Of a DNA stretch of 64,000 bases, positions 1 to 9,281 are shown piece after piece. Every line of letters begins with the position of its first letter. Positions within the stretch are counted from its first letter, which is position 1. The stretch covers positions 1 to 64,000 of the IMG/VR virus record IMGVR_UViG_3300021430_000864; one strand, 5' to 3'. The stretch is from a virus (lineage: Duplodnaviria > Caudoviricetes). The notes beneath the pieces were generated by a model that ran no database searches, was not told the DNA's origin, and saw only the letters and a program-made list of their open reading frames with translations. Position numbers and translations under genes: made by a program.

Positions 1-2
1 TA

Positions 3-2099
3 AATGCGAAAAGTATATCCACAGATATCTTATCGGTAACTAATTTAATTAAATTTACCTTAGCAAACCCTAAAGAGATTGAACCTTTCTCTTTATATGG
101 TTTAGCAAAAGTAAATTCGTTATCTACTTACAATCCCGAACCATTTAGTATTACTGACGTTAATTCAACTAATTTAAATTTCATTAAATTATATATCGGT
201 GAAGATATTGATAACTACTATATAGATTTCTTTAATGTAAATAATATTAGATTAACAGAAGAGAATATTAAAACACATCGTCCCTTAGTATTAATATACG
301 GTGGTTATAGAAAAACTGGTGGTGTTAATACAAAATTAGCGTTTGGTCAATATCTAACAAGTGAAATCATTTTAAAAAATGATGATGGGGTATTAGTTGC
401 TAATGGTATGGATGCTAGGTTTGTATTTTTTATGAGAATATTATTACCTCAGTTTGCAAGTTTAGATTCATCAAAATCAAAAAACACTTTTGCAAAGATT
501 AAATCATTCAAGGGTTATAATACTGACAATACAAAAATAGAATTATATAATACATTCAAATCATTTAATGATAAATGGACTGCTGGTAACTCAATTGGTC
601 AAAGATTATTATTGGAGGAATTTCTTTTTTTAGATAAAGCAAATAGAGATATTGGTGATAAGTTATATTTGAATATTGATAAAATCAAACCATTACTCGC
701 ACCAGAAAATTCTTCAGTAAACCTTTATAGTGCAATCTCAATGATGATTCAAGGTACAGGATTAGATATGAGGGCATTACCTGCGTATGTAAATTTCTAT
801 GGAAATAATTTAACCACTAAAAATAAAATAACACCATCTAAAAAAGTTGCATCTACTTTATTTGGGACATTTTTAGAAGTTGACTATGAAGAGGCATCAC
901 CAAAAATTATTATTCAATTGGTTGGACAAAGTTCAAAAAGATTGGATATGATAAATAGTAAACCATACAAATTCAATGATGATAGTTTCTACATTGGTAG
1001 TCAAAATAATAATCCATTGTTAATAACATCGTTAGAAGGTTTTTCGAGAAATGATTTATCAAAATCAAATAGAGTTGTTGCATTTGAAGTGAGTTTTGGT
1101 GACCAAAATCAAGGAATATTTAAAGGGGTATCTTTAGACCAATCAACAATAAAAAACACATCCGAATCTTTTCAAGTGTTAGAAAATTTATCAAGGTCAG
1201 CTTCAGGTGCTGGTGTTTATAATGTTGATGTTAGTTTATTCGATTATTACAAACAAGCATCGTATAAGTGTGAAGTATCGTCGATGGGTAATGTTATGAT
1301 TCAACCGACAATGTTCTTTTATTTAAAAAACATACCAATGTTTAAAGGTTCATATTGGATTACTGAAGTAAATCATAGTATTAAATCTAATACAATATCA
1401 ACAACGTTTACTGGAACAAGATTACCATACTCATCACTACCCGACCCTAAAGATTCGTTTGTTGCTAGTTACAGGGTATTGTTCGACAAAATTCAAGCAA
1501 AAGCAATTGCAATATTCAGACAGAGAGCATTAAATGATACCGAAACAGATGAGGTTGTTGAATTTAATAACGTAAGTTATGTTACCGATAGATATGGTGT
1601 ATCAGGTGGTGTTGCGGAAATAATAATTCAAAGAGTCGGTATAAATAGATTTGGTGTACCATATAACGGATTCAATGAAGTTAGGTCAATTCAATTAGTT
1701 CAAAACAATGGAGAATGGTTAAGAGGTCTTGTTGTACAAATAGGTGGTCCTAATTATAAATTAGAACCAACCGTGAATATGAACATTGCAAACGGTATTG
1801 ATTATTCTAAAATTAGCACATCAAATTACAAATATTTTATGACAAGATTCCAATTATCCAAATCAATAACAGATGATGTAATCAGAACCGCAAAAACCAC
1901 ATTTAAAAATCCAAAGAATAATAAAGAAGTTGTTGTTAATCCAAATTATCAATTAGATTCGAATTTAGGAACAATTGTGGCTGAAGGTCCTGTTGCAGTG
2001 GGACCAATTGGTGAAAAGTATGGATTGGCGTTATCTCCAAAACTAATGTCTGAATTAGGTCTGTATGATGGTGATGTAGTTTATTTCAGAATGGATTAA
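3..2099 (+). CDS. Baseplate hub / late-control-D (gp27-like) protein, 5'-truncated by the window edge
   Basis: Frame is open from base 3 (no stop before the ORF-track ATG at 408). Contains FKGSYWITEVNHSI...TTFTGTR, resembling the C-terminal motif of gp27/GPD hub proteins; followed by a late-type motif. Confidence 0.55.
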   Translation, partial: NAKSISTDILSVTNLIKFTLANPKEIEPFSLYGLAKVNSLSTYNPEPFSITDVNSTNLNFIKLYIGEDIDNYYIDFFNVNNIRLTEENIKTHRPLVLIYGGYRKTGGVNTKLAFGQYLTSEIILKNDDGVLVANGMDARFVFFMRILLPQFASLDSSKSKNTFAKIKSFKGYNTDNTKIELYNTFKSFNDKWTAGNSIGQRLLLEEFLFLDKANRDIGDKLYLNIDKIKPLLAPENSSVNLYSAISMMIQGTGLDMRALPAYVNFYGNNLTTKNKITPSKKVASTLFGTFLEVDYEEASPKIIIQLVGQSSKRLDMINSKPYKFNDDSFYIGSQNNNPLLITSLEGFSRNDLSKSNRVVAFEVSFGDQNQGIFKGVSLDQSTIKNTSESFQVLENLSRSASGAGVYNVDVSLFDYYKQASYKCEVSSMGNVMIQPTMFFYLKNIPMFKGSYWITEVNHSIKSNTISTTFTGTRLPYSSLPDPKDSFVASYRVLFDKIQAKAIAIFRQRALNDTETDEVVEFNNVSYVTDRYGVSGGVAEIIIQRVGINRFGVPYNGFNEVRSIQLVQNNGEWLRGLVVQIGGPNYKLEPTVNMNIANGIDYSKISTSNYKYFMTRFQLSKSITDDVIRTAKTTFKNPKNNKEVVVNPNYQLDSNLGTIVAEGPVAVGPIGEKYGLALSPKLMSELGLYDGDVVYFRMD

Positions 2100-2123
2100 T
2101 TTTCAGTTTTCCATTTTTCGTGA

Positions 2124-2131
2124 TATTTATA
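2124..2131 (+). promoter_or_regulatory. Putative late promoter motif TATTTATA
   Basis: Motif recurs 3-43 nt upstream of 13 structural/envelope/head genes; here ATG at 2146. Confidence 0.6.
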
Positions 2132-2145
2132 AAAGAAAAAGAGTT

Positions 2146-2352
2146 ATGAATAACGAAAAATTAAACAACAGTTTAGATAACTTCATGAGTAATCCTAAAC
2201 AAGTAAGAACCGTTTCAAAAGATGGGATGGAAAGAGAAGAGTGTGATTTACAGACCGGTGAATGTTATGTTATCAGGTCTAAGGATGGTATAGTTGAAAG
2301 AATAAATAAAAAATTTATAACCGAAGACGGTAGACAACTTTTACAAGATTAA
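2146..2352 (+). CDS. Small hypothetical late protein (ECDLQTGEC motif)
   Basis: 68-aa ORF directly after a TATTTATA motif, A-rich leader, abuts next gene. Confidence 0.7.
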   Translation: MNNEKLNNSLDNFMSNPKQVRTVSKDGMEREECDLQTGECYVIRSKDGIVERINKKFITEDGRQLLQD

Positions 2353-2355
2353 ACT

Positions 2356-2994
2356 ATGAAAAAATTGGAAAAATCATTATTGGAAGAAGTCGCAAGATTT
2401 AAAGCGATTAATAAGTATGCTACCACATTGATGGAGCAAGGTGACGTTCCACCTCCAGCCGGTGACGTTCCACCTCCAATGGACGCACCTGTTGGTGACG
2501 TTCCACCCCCAACAGACACAGAATTACCTGAACCACCTATGGATGCGCCTATGGATGCTCCTACGGATGATGTGGAAGAAATCGATATAACTGATTTGGT
2601 TAATATGACTAAATCGATTAAAAAAGATTTAGATGACAGTAAAACTGAAACATCAGACGTTACGGGTAAAATGGATACTGTATTCTCTAAACTATCTGAT
2701 TTAGAGGACAAATTAACCCAAATGGATGCGGTTATGAATAAGATTGATGAATTGGGTTCAAAAATTGAAACAATGAGAGAAAAAACTCCTGAAGAAAAAT
2801 TAGAGTTACGTTCTTTGGATTCATACCCTTTCAATCAAAACCCTCAACAGTTTTTTGCACAGAAACAACCGGAAATGCGTCAAACAGGTAAAAATGAATA
2901 CGTTTTAACAAAACAAGAAATTGATAATTACTCGAATGACATAATCAGAAACAGTTTTAACCCAGAAGAAGAACAAGATGAATTTAGCTACTAA
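2356..2994 (+). CDS. Acidic, Pro-rich hypothetical virion/head-associated protein (GDVPPP x3, MDAP repeats, coiled coil)
   Basis: 212-aa ORF; N-terminal LLEEVARFK helix resembles the motif at the end of ORF 59223; low-complexity acidic middle. Confidence 0.7.
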   Translation: MKKLEKSLLEEVARFKAINKYATTLMEQGDVPPPAGDVPPPMDAPVGDVPPPTDTELPEPPMDAPMDAPTDDVEEIDITDLVNMTKSIKKDLDDSKTETSDVTGKMDTVFSKLSDLEDKLTQMDAVMNKIDELGSKIETMREKTPEEKLELRSLDSYPFNQNPQQFFAQKQPEMRQTGKNEYVLTKQEIDNYSNDIIRNSFNPEEEQDEFSY

Positions 2995-3352
2995 GGTAAA
3001 TTTTCTATTAGGTTTACATGTTCAGTTAAAAATAAATCATTGGCAAACAAAAGGTATTGCTAGACACAAAGCGTTTGGAAAAGCGTATGACGAATTGGGT
3101 AAATTAATGGATGATTTTGTTGAAATCTCAATGGGTAAGTATGGTAGATTTGTTTTGGATGACGAAACTAAAAATATCACACTTATAAATTTATCTGACA
3201 TGAATCCTTCAGACATGATAAAAACATGTGCAAACGCTTTAATCGAGTTTTCGAGTGATTTAGATGACACCCGAGATACTGACCTTTTAAATTTAAGAGA
3301 TGAGATACTTGGTTTAATGAATAAATTACTGTATCTTTTAACTCTTGAGTAA
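2978..3352 (+). CDS. Ferritin/Dps-like four-helix protein (DUF5856-like)
   Basis: HWQT...RHKAFGKAYDEL...DDFVE pattern matches Dps/ferritin-like helix 1-2 metal-ligand spacing; 124 aa. Confidence 0.65.
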   Translation: MNLATKVNFLLGLHVQLKINHWQTKGIARHKAFGKAYDELGKLMDDFVEISMGKYGRFVLDDETKNITLINLSDMNPSDMIKTCANALIEFSSDLDDTRDTDLLNLRDEILGLMNKLLYLLTLE

Positions 3353-3381
3353 CGAACCACAAAAAATTTTCGAAAAAAACG

Positions 3382-3410
3382 AAGTCAGATTTTGAAGTCT
3401 GACTTTTTTT
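3382..3410 (+). terminator. Intrinsic terminator
   Basis: AAGTCAGA (3382-3389) / TCTGACTT (3398-3405) stem followed by T run; A tracts upstream. Confidence 0.7.
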
Positions 3411-3421
3411 ATCTATATTTT
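3391..3421 (+). promoter_or_regulatory. Host-type (Bacteroidota sigma70-like) promoter TTTG-N19-TATATTTT
   Basis: TTTG 3391-3394, TATATTTT 3414-3421, 19-nt spacer; matches -33 TTTG / -7 TAnnTTTG consensus except last base. Confidence 0.6.
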
Positions 3422-3454
3422 AAAAACAAGTTTAACAATTTAAATTCAATTATT

Positions 3455-4321
3455 ATGTCAACATTAGAAGCAGTACTGTCACAGTACGAGAAAAACAAAC
3501 AAGCCGCAAGCGGCAACAGTAACAAAGTGTCTCAAGAAGACAGAATGAAAAAGTATTTCACAACAGTCCTACCGAAAGGTGCTCGTAGTGGTGAGAAACG
3601 AATCAGAATCCTACCCGCTTCAAACGGTGGTAGTCCATTCGTTGAGGTTTATTTCCACGAAGTACAAGTAGATGGAAATTGGGTAAAACTTTATGACCCT
3701 AAACAAGAAGGTAAACGTTCACCACTTAATGAAGTTTACGAAGGATTAATGATGACCGGTGTAGAATCAGACAAAGTTTTGGCTCGCCAATACCGTTCTC
3801 GTAAATTCTACATTGTAAAGGTTATTGACAGAGAAAACGAACAGGATGGTGTAAAATTCTGGCGTTTCAAACACAACACTAAGAATGAGGGTGTGTTGGA
3901 CAAAATTTTCCCTCTTTTCAAAAACAAGGGTGACATCACTGACCCTGAAAAAGGTAGAGACCTTATTATTAACTTGAATCTTACAAAAGCACCTAACGGG
4001 AGAGAATACACTACAATTTCATCAATTATTCCGGAAGACCAAAGTCCATTACACGTTGAAAGCGGTATTGCTGATACTTGGTTAAAAGATGAATTGACTT
4101 GGTCAGATGTTTATTCTAAAAAACCCGAAGAATATCTTGAAATGATTGCTAAAGGTGAAGTACCAAAATGGGATTCTGCGACAAATAAATGGGTATCAAA
4201 TTCTTCAGAAGAATCTGAATTCATGTCAGCACCATCTACTCCACCATCAACACAATCAACGTCAGTTCCTGATTATCATCCACAAGAAGACGCTGAAGGA
4301 GACGATGATTTACCGTTTTAA
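3455..4321 (+). CDS. Single-stranded DNA-binding protein, T4 gp32-like
   Basis: KRIRILP...PFVEVYFH, IVKVIDRE...VKFW, DITDPEKGRDL motifs of gp32-like phage SSBs; acidic tail ending DDDLPF. Start moved to ATG 3455 (the 3392 TTG lies within the terminator/promoter). Confidence 0.8.
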   Translation: MSTLEAVLSQYEKNKQAASGNSNKVSQEDRMKKYFTTVLPKGARSGEKRIRILPASNGGSPFVEVYFHEVQVDGNWVKLYDPKQEGKRSPLNEVYEGLMMTGVESDKVLARQYRSRKFYIVKVIDRENEQDGVKFWRFKHNTKNEGVLDKIFPLFKNKGDITDPEKGRDLIINLNLTKAPNGREYTTISSIIPEDQSPLHVESGIADTWLKDELTWSDVYSKKPEEYLEMIAKGEVPKWDSATNKWVSNSSEESEFMSAPSTPPSTQSTSVPDYHPQEDAEGDDDLPF

Positions 4322-4328
4322 TTAATAA

Positions 4329-4366
4329 GTCCGGGTTTGTGAAAATAATACGAACCCGGGCTTTTT
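4329..4366 (+). terminator. Intrinsic terminator
   Basis: GTCCGGGTTTGT (4329-4340) pairs with ACGAACCCGGGC (4350-4361), followed by TTTTT. Confidence 0.8.
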
Positions 4367-4384
4367 ATTTTCAATAAAAATCAC

Positions 4385-4392
4385 TATATTTT
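4385..4392 (+). promoter_or_regulatory. Host-type -7 box TATATTTT
   Basis: Same octamer as 3414, 46352 and 49589; ATG only 4 nt downstream; -33 box is T-rich but not TTTG. Confidence 0.45.
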
Positions 4393-4396
4393 AAAC

Positions 4397-5395
4397 ATGG
4401 CAATCAAGAAAAAAGAATTCGACTATATCTCGAAGTTTTCTACTAAAACCAAGTATAAAGATGAAAATTTTTACTACTGTGGTGAAGCGTTTAATGACGC
4501 ATGTGGATTACCGGGACCTGTGATGGGTAACATTAATATGTTTTTAGGACATACCAACTCATCAAAAACAACAGCAATGATTTTAGCTGCGGTTGATGCA
4601 CAAAGAAAGGGTCATTTACCCGTTCTTATCATCACTGAAAGAAAATGGAAATGGGAACACGCTCTTGAATTAGGATTCCAAGCGGAGAAAAACTCTGATG
4701 GAGAATGGGTTGGAGATTTTATCTTCAACGACTCATTTGACTACATTGAACAAGCAACCGATTTTATTAACGAAATTATAGACGCTCACGAAAAAGGTGA
4801 GATTCCAAGACACGTTTTATTCTGTTGGGACTCTGTAGGTTCAATACCTTGTAAGATGACTTTTGATGGTAAAGGTGGTAAACAACACAACGCAAGTGTG
4901 TTATCGGACAAAATTGGTATGGGTATTCACGCTAGAATTACAAAATCTAAAAAAGAAGATTACCCAACTAAAGAGAACCCATATTACCTTACAATGGTAG
5001 TTGTTAATCAACCATGGGTGGAATTACCTGACAATCCATTTGGTCAACCTGAAATTAAAGCAAAAGGTGGTGAAGCACTATGGTTAGCATCAGCATTGGT
5101 ATTCCTATTCGGAAATCAGAAAAAATCAGGTATCAACCACATTGATGCGGTTAAGGATGGTAGAAAAATCGCATATGCGGTTAGAACCAAGATATCTATA
5201 TTGAAAAACCACGTAAATGGTTTAGGATACAAAGACGGTAAAGTTATCGTTGTCCACAACGGATATATTGCCGATACTAAAGAGTCTTTAGAATCCTACA
5301 AGAAAGAATATTCTAATTTTTGGAAAGAAAAATTGGGTGGTGCAGATTTTGAATTATCAGAATCAACAACACTTGATTACGATGACGAAGATTAA
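4397..5395 (+). CDS. recA: RecA/UvsX-like recombinase
   Basis: Walker A variant GHTNSSKTT, WDSVGS (Walker B region), VVVNQ, GGEAL, KNHV motifs of the RecA family. Confidence 0.85.
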   Translation: MAIKKKEFDYISKFSTKTKYKDENFYYCGEAFNDACGLPGPVMGNINMFLGHTNSSKTTAMILAAVDAQRKGHLPVLIITERKWKWEHALELGFQAEKNSDGEWVGDFIFNDSFDYIEQATDFINEIIDAHEKGEIPRHVLFCWDSVGSIPCKMTFDGKGGKQHNASVLSDKIGMGIHARITKSKKEDYPTKENPYYLTMVVVNQPWVELPDNPFGQPEIKAKGGEALWLASALVFLFGNQKKSGINHIDAVKDGRKIAYAVRTKISILKNHVNGLGYKDGKVIVVHNGYIADTKESLESYKKEYSNFWKEKLGGADFELSESTTLDYDDED

Positions 5396-5425
5396 ATTTT
5401 GTTTAACCTGTAATAACAATGATTA

Positions 5426-6448
5426 ATGTCTAACGTACTATTAGTAGATGGTGACAATTTATTAACTATTGGGTTTTTTGGTTTAAAAAACCATTTCTAT
5501 AAAGGTGAACACATTGGTGCGATATACCATTTTGTGAATACCCTTCGTAGAACTATTGAAATTCATCATTTAGACAAAATCGTTGTATTTTGGGACGGTC
5601 AGGATGGTTCTTTAACAAGAAAAAGATATTACCACCAATACAAAGAAAATCGAAAATCAAGGATTAGGAGCGAAGAAGAGGTACACTCTTACGGCAGACA
5701 ACGCAATCGCGTCAAACAGTACTTAGAAGAACTATTCGTCAGACAAGGTGAATATGAATTCTGTGAAACAGACGATGCGATTGCGTTTTATAGTCAAAAC
5801 TCACCAAAAGAAAATAAAATCATATTTTCCTCTGACGGTGATTTAACTCAATTAGTATCTGAAAATACAAAACTTTTTAATCCATCACACAGTAAAATAT
5901 ATCAACCAAATGATATGTTCATTTATGACCATGAACAAATCTTAATTCAAAACATAAAGTTAGTTAAGATGATTTGTGGTGATAAGTCTGATAACATCGC
6001 CGGAATTAAAAACTTAGGTGTTAAAAGACTAATCAATATGGTTCCTGAAATCAAAACTCAGGAAATATCTGTAGATTTTATAAAAGATAGGTTCAACACT
6101 TTATTTGAGGAAGACAATGATAATAACATAATTAAAAACCTATTAACAGGTGTAACCAAGTATGGTGTACTTGGTGAGGAGTTTTTTGATGTTAATAGTA
6201 GAATTGTTAGTTTGGATGAACCATTCTTAACTGATGAGGCGAAAGATTCAATTAACTCACTAATAAACGATTTGATTGACCCTGAAGGTCGGTCATACAA
6301 AAACACGATGAAAATGATGATGGAAGATGGTATTTTTCTACTATTACCTAAATCAGATGATGCGTGGATAAAATTCCTAAATCCTTTTTTGAGATTAACC
6401 AGAAAAGAAAAAAATAAAAAAATCATAAAAATAAAAACCAATGAGTAA
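5426..6448 (+). CDS. 5'-3' exonuclease / RNase H (FEN/PolI 5'-nuclease family)
   Basis: LLVDGDN, VVFWDG, YKENR, ETDDAI, SSDGDLTQL, GDKSDNIAGIKNLG (H3TH) motifs. Confidence 0.9.
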   Translation: MSNVLLVDGDNLLTIGFFGLKNHFYKGEHIGAIYHFVNTLRRTIEIHHLDKIVVFWDGQDGSLTRKRYYHQYKENRKSRIRSEEEVHSYGRQRNRVKQYLEELFVRQGEYEFCETDDAIAFYSQNSPKENKIIFSSDGDLTQLVSENTKLFNPSHSKIYQPNDMFIYDHEQILIQNIKLVKMICGDKSDNIAGIKNLGVKRLINMVPEIKTQEISVDFIKDRFNTLFEEDNDNNIIKNLLTGVTKYGVLGEEFFDVNSRIVSLDEPFLTDEAKDSINSLINDLIDPEGRSYKNTMKMMMEDGIFLLLPKSDDAWIKFLNPFLRLTRKEKNKKIIKIKTNE

Positions 6449-6884
6449 TCAAGATGCAACAAAATTTGAGTTTCTTTTAACTCTTGAAAAAAACATTATC
6501 TGCCAACGTTTCTTTAATGTAAGGGAACATAACCCTAAAGCTCGTCGCTCGATGGACCTACACGACTATGTGAAAAATATTTGTGACGAAATCAGCTATG
6601 ATTTGAAATCAAAAACTTTGGATTATCTACATGAAAATCGTGATTATTTTTACGGTTTAGAGAGTGCAGAATCTACCGATGAAAATGAAAAGGAACACTT
6701 TTTATTAGAAATTAAGATGGGTGACGATGTATTTATTCAAAGAACGTTTCCCGCAAATATCTTCCACCCAAAGGTAAGATACACGGTAGACATTCGTCCG
6801 GATTTAAAGAGATATTTATCTGATTTAACTGATATTTTATCTTCTAGAAATTTGGAAACAACTTATTTAAATTATCAACTATAA
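6441..6884 (+). CDS. Hypothetical protein in replication operon
   Basis: 147-aa ORF overlapping upstream stop by 8 nt, same strand, typical codon usage. Confidence 0.75.
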   Translation: MSNQDATKFEFLLTLEKNIICQRFFNVREHNPKARRSMDLHDYVKNICDEISYDLKSKTLDYLHENRDYFYGLESAESTDENEKEHFLLEIKMGDDVFIQRTFPANIFHPKVRYTVDIRPDLKRYLSDLTDILSSRNLETTYLNYQL

Positions 6885-6897
6885 TAAAAAATTAACA

Positions 6898-8274
6898 ATG
6901 GCAGAAAAGAACTTTGGAACACTCGGAACATCATTTCAACAGGCATTAATTAAATCAATTATTGAGGACAAAAAATACGGAGAACAAATTATTGATGTAA
7001 TCGAGAGCAAGTACTTTGATAACGTTTCTTTTAGATTTATCTCTGAACATATTAAAGAGTACTATAAGAAGTATTCTAAGATTCCAAATTACGAAAGTTT
7101 GGCACTTAAAATTACTTCTGAATTGGGTTCTCAAGAAAATGCAAGAATTCACTTGGATACACTTGAGTCAATTAAAGAAAATACCCAAGACAGTTCTTTA
7201 GTAAAGGATGAGGCATTAAACTTCTGTAAACAGCAGAATCTTAGAAAAGAATTAAAGAAAATTAATTCTATTATCGAAAATGGTGCGTTTCATGAGTACC
7301 CAACTATCGAAGGAATCATTCAGAAGGCTCTTCAAGTAGGTTTACCACCCGAAGAGTCTATGGACGTTTTCCATGATATTGACTCCGCATTAGAAAAAGA
7401 CAACCGTCAAGCAATTCCTACAGGAATTAACGGTGTCGATTCAGCATTGAAGGGTGGTTTAGGTAGAGGTGAATTAGGTGTCGTATTAGCACCAACCGGT
7501 ACCGGTAAAACAACTTTACTTACCTTATTTTCAAATACCGCATATAACTACGATTTCAATGTACTTCAAATATTCTTTGAAGACAACCCAGCAAATATTA
7601 AAAAGAAACACTTCACAATTTGGTCGGGTATTGAACCTGATGAACAACCTAACAGAAAAGAAGAGGTTAAACAAATTGTTGAGGAAGTTAAAGAAAGAAG
7701 TAAAGGTTCATTAAGTATTATTAAGTTACCTAGTGATTCTGTTACGATTTCTGAAATTAAATCGAGAATAAGAAAACATTTATCTGACGGTAAAAAACTT
7801 GACCTTTTAGTAATCGACTATGTTGATTGTATTTCACCCGAAAGAAGTTCTTTTGGTGAAGAATGGAAAGGTGAAGGTTCAGTTATGAGAAGTCTCGAAT
7901 CAATGACAGGTGAATTCGATATTGCAATTTGGACAGCAACCCAAGGTAATAGAGAATCAATTTCATCTGAAGTTGTAACCACAGACCAAATGGGTGGTTC
8001 AATTAAGAAAGCTCAGATTGGTCACGTTGTTTTATCTGTTGGTAAAACACTTGAACAAAAAGAACACAATTTGGCAACAATGACCCTACTTAAATCACGT
8101 ATTGGTCAAGATGGTATCATTTGGAACAACTGTAAATTTGATAACAGATTTTTACAAATCGATACCGAAACTCAAACAACTCTTCTTGGACACAAAGAAG
8201 ACAAAGAAAAGTCTAATCAAAATAGGGCGAGAGAAGCCTTTATCAAAAGACAAGAAGTATTAAACCGTAATTAA
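6898..8274 (+). CDS. dnaB: Replicative DNA helicase, DnaB/gp41-like
   Basis: [16 protein letters not shown] Walker A, LVIDYVD Walker [14 protein letters not shown] motifs. Confidence 0.9.
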   Translation: MAEKNFGTLGTSFQQALIKSIIEDKKYGEQIIDVIESKYFDNVSFRFISEHIKEYYKKYSKIPNYESLALKITSELGSQENARIHLDTLESIKENTQDSSLVKDEALNFCKQQNLRKELKKINSIIENGAFHEYPTIEGIIQKALQVGLPPEESMDVFHDIDSALEKDNRQAIPTGINGVDSALKGGLGRGELGVVLAPTGTGKTTLLTLFSNTAYNYDFNVLQIFFEDNPANIKKKHFTIWSGIEPDEQPNRKEEVKQIVEEVKERSKGSLSIIKLPSDSVTISEIKSRIRKHLSDGKKLDLLVIDYVDCISPERSSFGEEWKGEGSVMRSLESMTGEFDIAIWTATQGNRESISSEVVTTDQMGGSIKKAQIGHVVLSVGKTLEQKEHNLATMTLLKSRIGQDGIIWNNCKFDNRFLQIDTETQTTLLGHKEDKEKSNQNRAREAFIKRQEVLNRN

Positions 8275-8291
8275 AAAAAAATTTTATTAAT

Positions 8292-9269
8292 ATGACCGAA
8301 AAGATTTTGAAAGAAAATCCCGGACGTTTTGTCCTCTTTCCTATTGAACACCACGATATTTGGAAGTTGTACAAACAACAAGAAGCTTGTTTTTGGACAG
8401 CAGAAGAAATAGACTTAGTACAAGACATTTATGATTGGGAAAACAAGTTAAATCACGATGAAAAACATTTCATCAAGAACGTTTTGGCATTTTTTGCAGC
8501 ATCTGATGGTATTGTAAATGAAAACTTAGCGATGAATTTCGTTAATGAAGTACAGTATACTGAAGCTAAGATGTTTTATGGGTTTCAAATAATGATGGAA
8601 AATATCCACAGTGAAACCTATTCTTTATTAATTGATACATACATTAAAGATAAAGAAGAACAAAACAGACTTTTTAATGCTATTGAGACCATACCAGCAA
8701 TTAAAAAGAAAGCCGAATGGGCAATCAAATGGATTAACTCTGATTCGTTTGTAGAACGACTAATCGCATTTGCTGCGGTTGAGGGTATTTTCTTTTCGGG
8801 CTCATTTTGTTCCATTTTTTGGCTCAAAAAACGTGGTTTAATGCCAGGATTGACGTTCTCAAATGAGCTGATTTCTCGTGATGAGGGAATGCACTGTGAT
8901 TTTGCGTGTCATTTACACAATAACCATATCACTAAAAAATTGAGTGAAAAGAAGATTAAAGAAATTATCTGTGGAGCACTTGAGATTGAGAAAGAATTTA
9001 TCCTTGAATCATTACCTGTCAGATTAATTGGTATGAATTCGGATTTAATGTCTCAATACCTTGAGTTTGTTGCGGACAGATTGTTAGTTTCACTGAATTG
9101 TTCAAAAGTATATAACTCCGAAAATCCGTTTGATTTTATGCAAAACATCGCGTTACAAGGAAAAACAAATTTCTTTGAAAAGAGAGTTGCTGAGTATCAA
9201 AAAGCGGGAGTAAGTAATAACACCTCTATTGAGGAATTAGGTACGTCATTTGATGACATTGATTTTTAA
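8292..9269 (+). CDS. nrdB: Ribonucleotide reductase class Ia beta subunit
   Basis: [44 protein letters not shown] di-iron/tyrosyl motifs. Confidence 0.97.
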   Translation: MTEKILKENPGRFVLFPIEHHDIWKLYKQQEACFWTAEEIDLVQDIYDWENKLNHDEKHFIKNVLAFFAASDGIVNENLAMNFVNEVQYTEAKMFYGFQIMMENIHSETYSLLIDTYIKDKEEQNRLFNAIETIPAIKKKAEWAIKWINSDSFVERLIAFAAVEGIFFSGSFCSIFWLKKRGLMPGLTFSNELISRDEGMHCDFACHLHNNHITKKLSEKKIKEIICGALEIEKEFILESLPVRLIGMNSDLMSQYLEFVADRLLVSLNCSKVYNSENPFDFMQNIALQGKTNFFEKRVAEYQKAGVSNNTSIEELGTSFDDIDF

Positions 9270-9281
9270 TATTTAGAAAAG

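Noticed and set aside
3392-3454. N-terminal extensions from ORF-track starts at 3392 and 46421
   Set aside because: They run through terminator/promoter sequences; downstream ATGs at 3455 and 46499 fit the signals.
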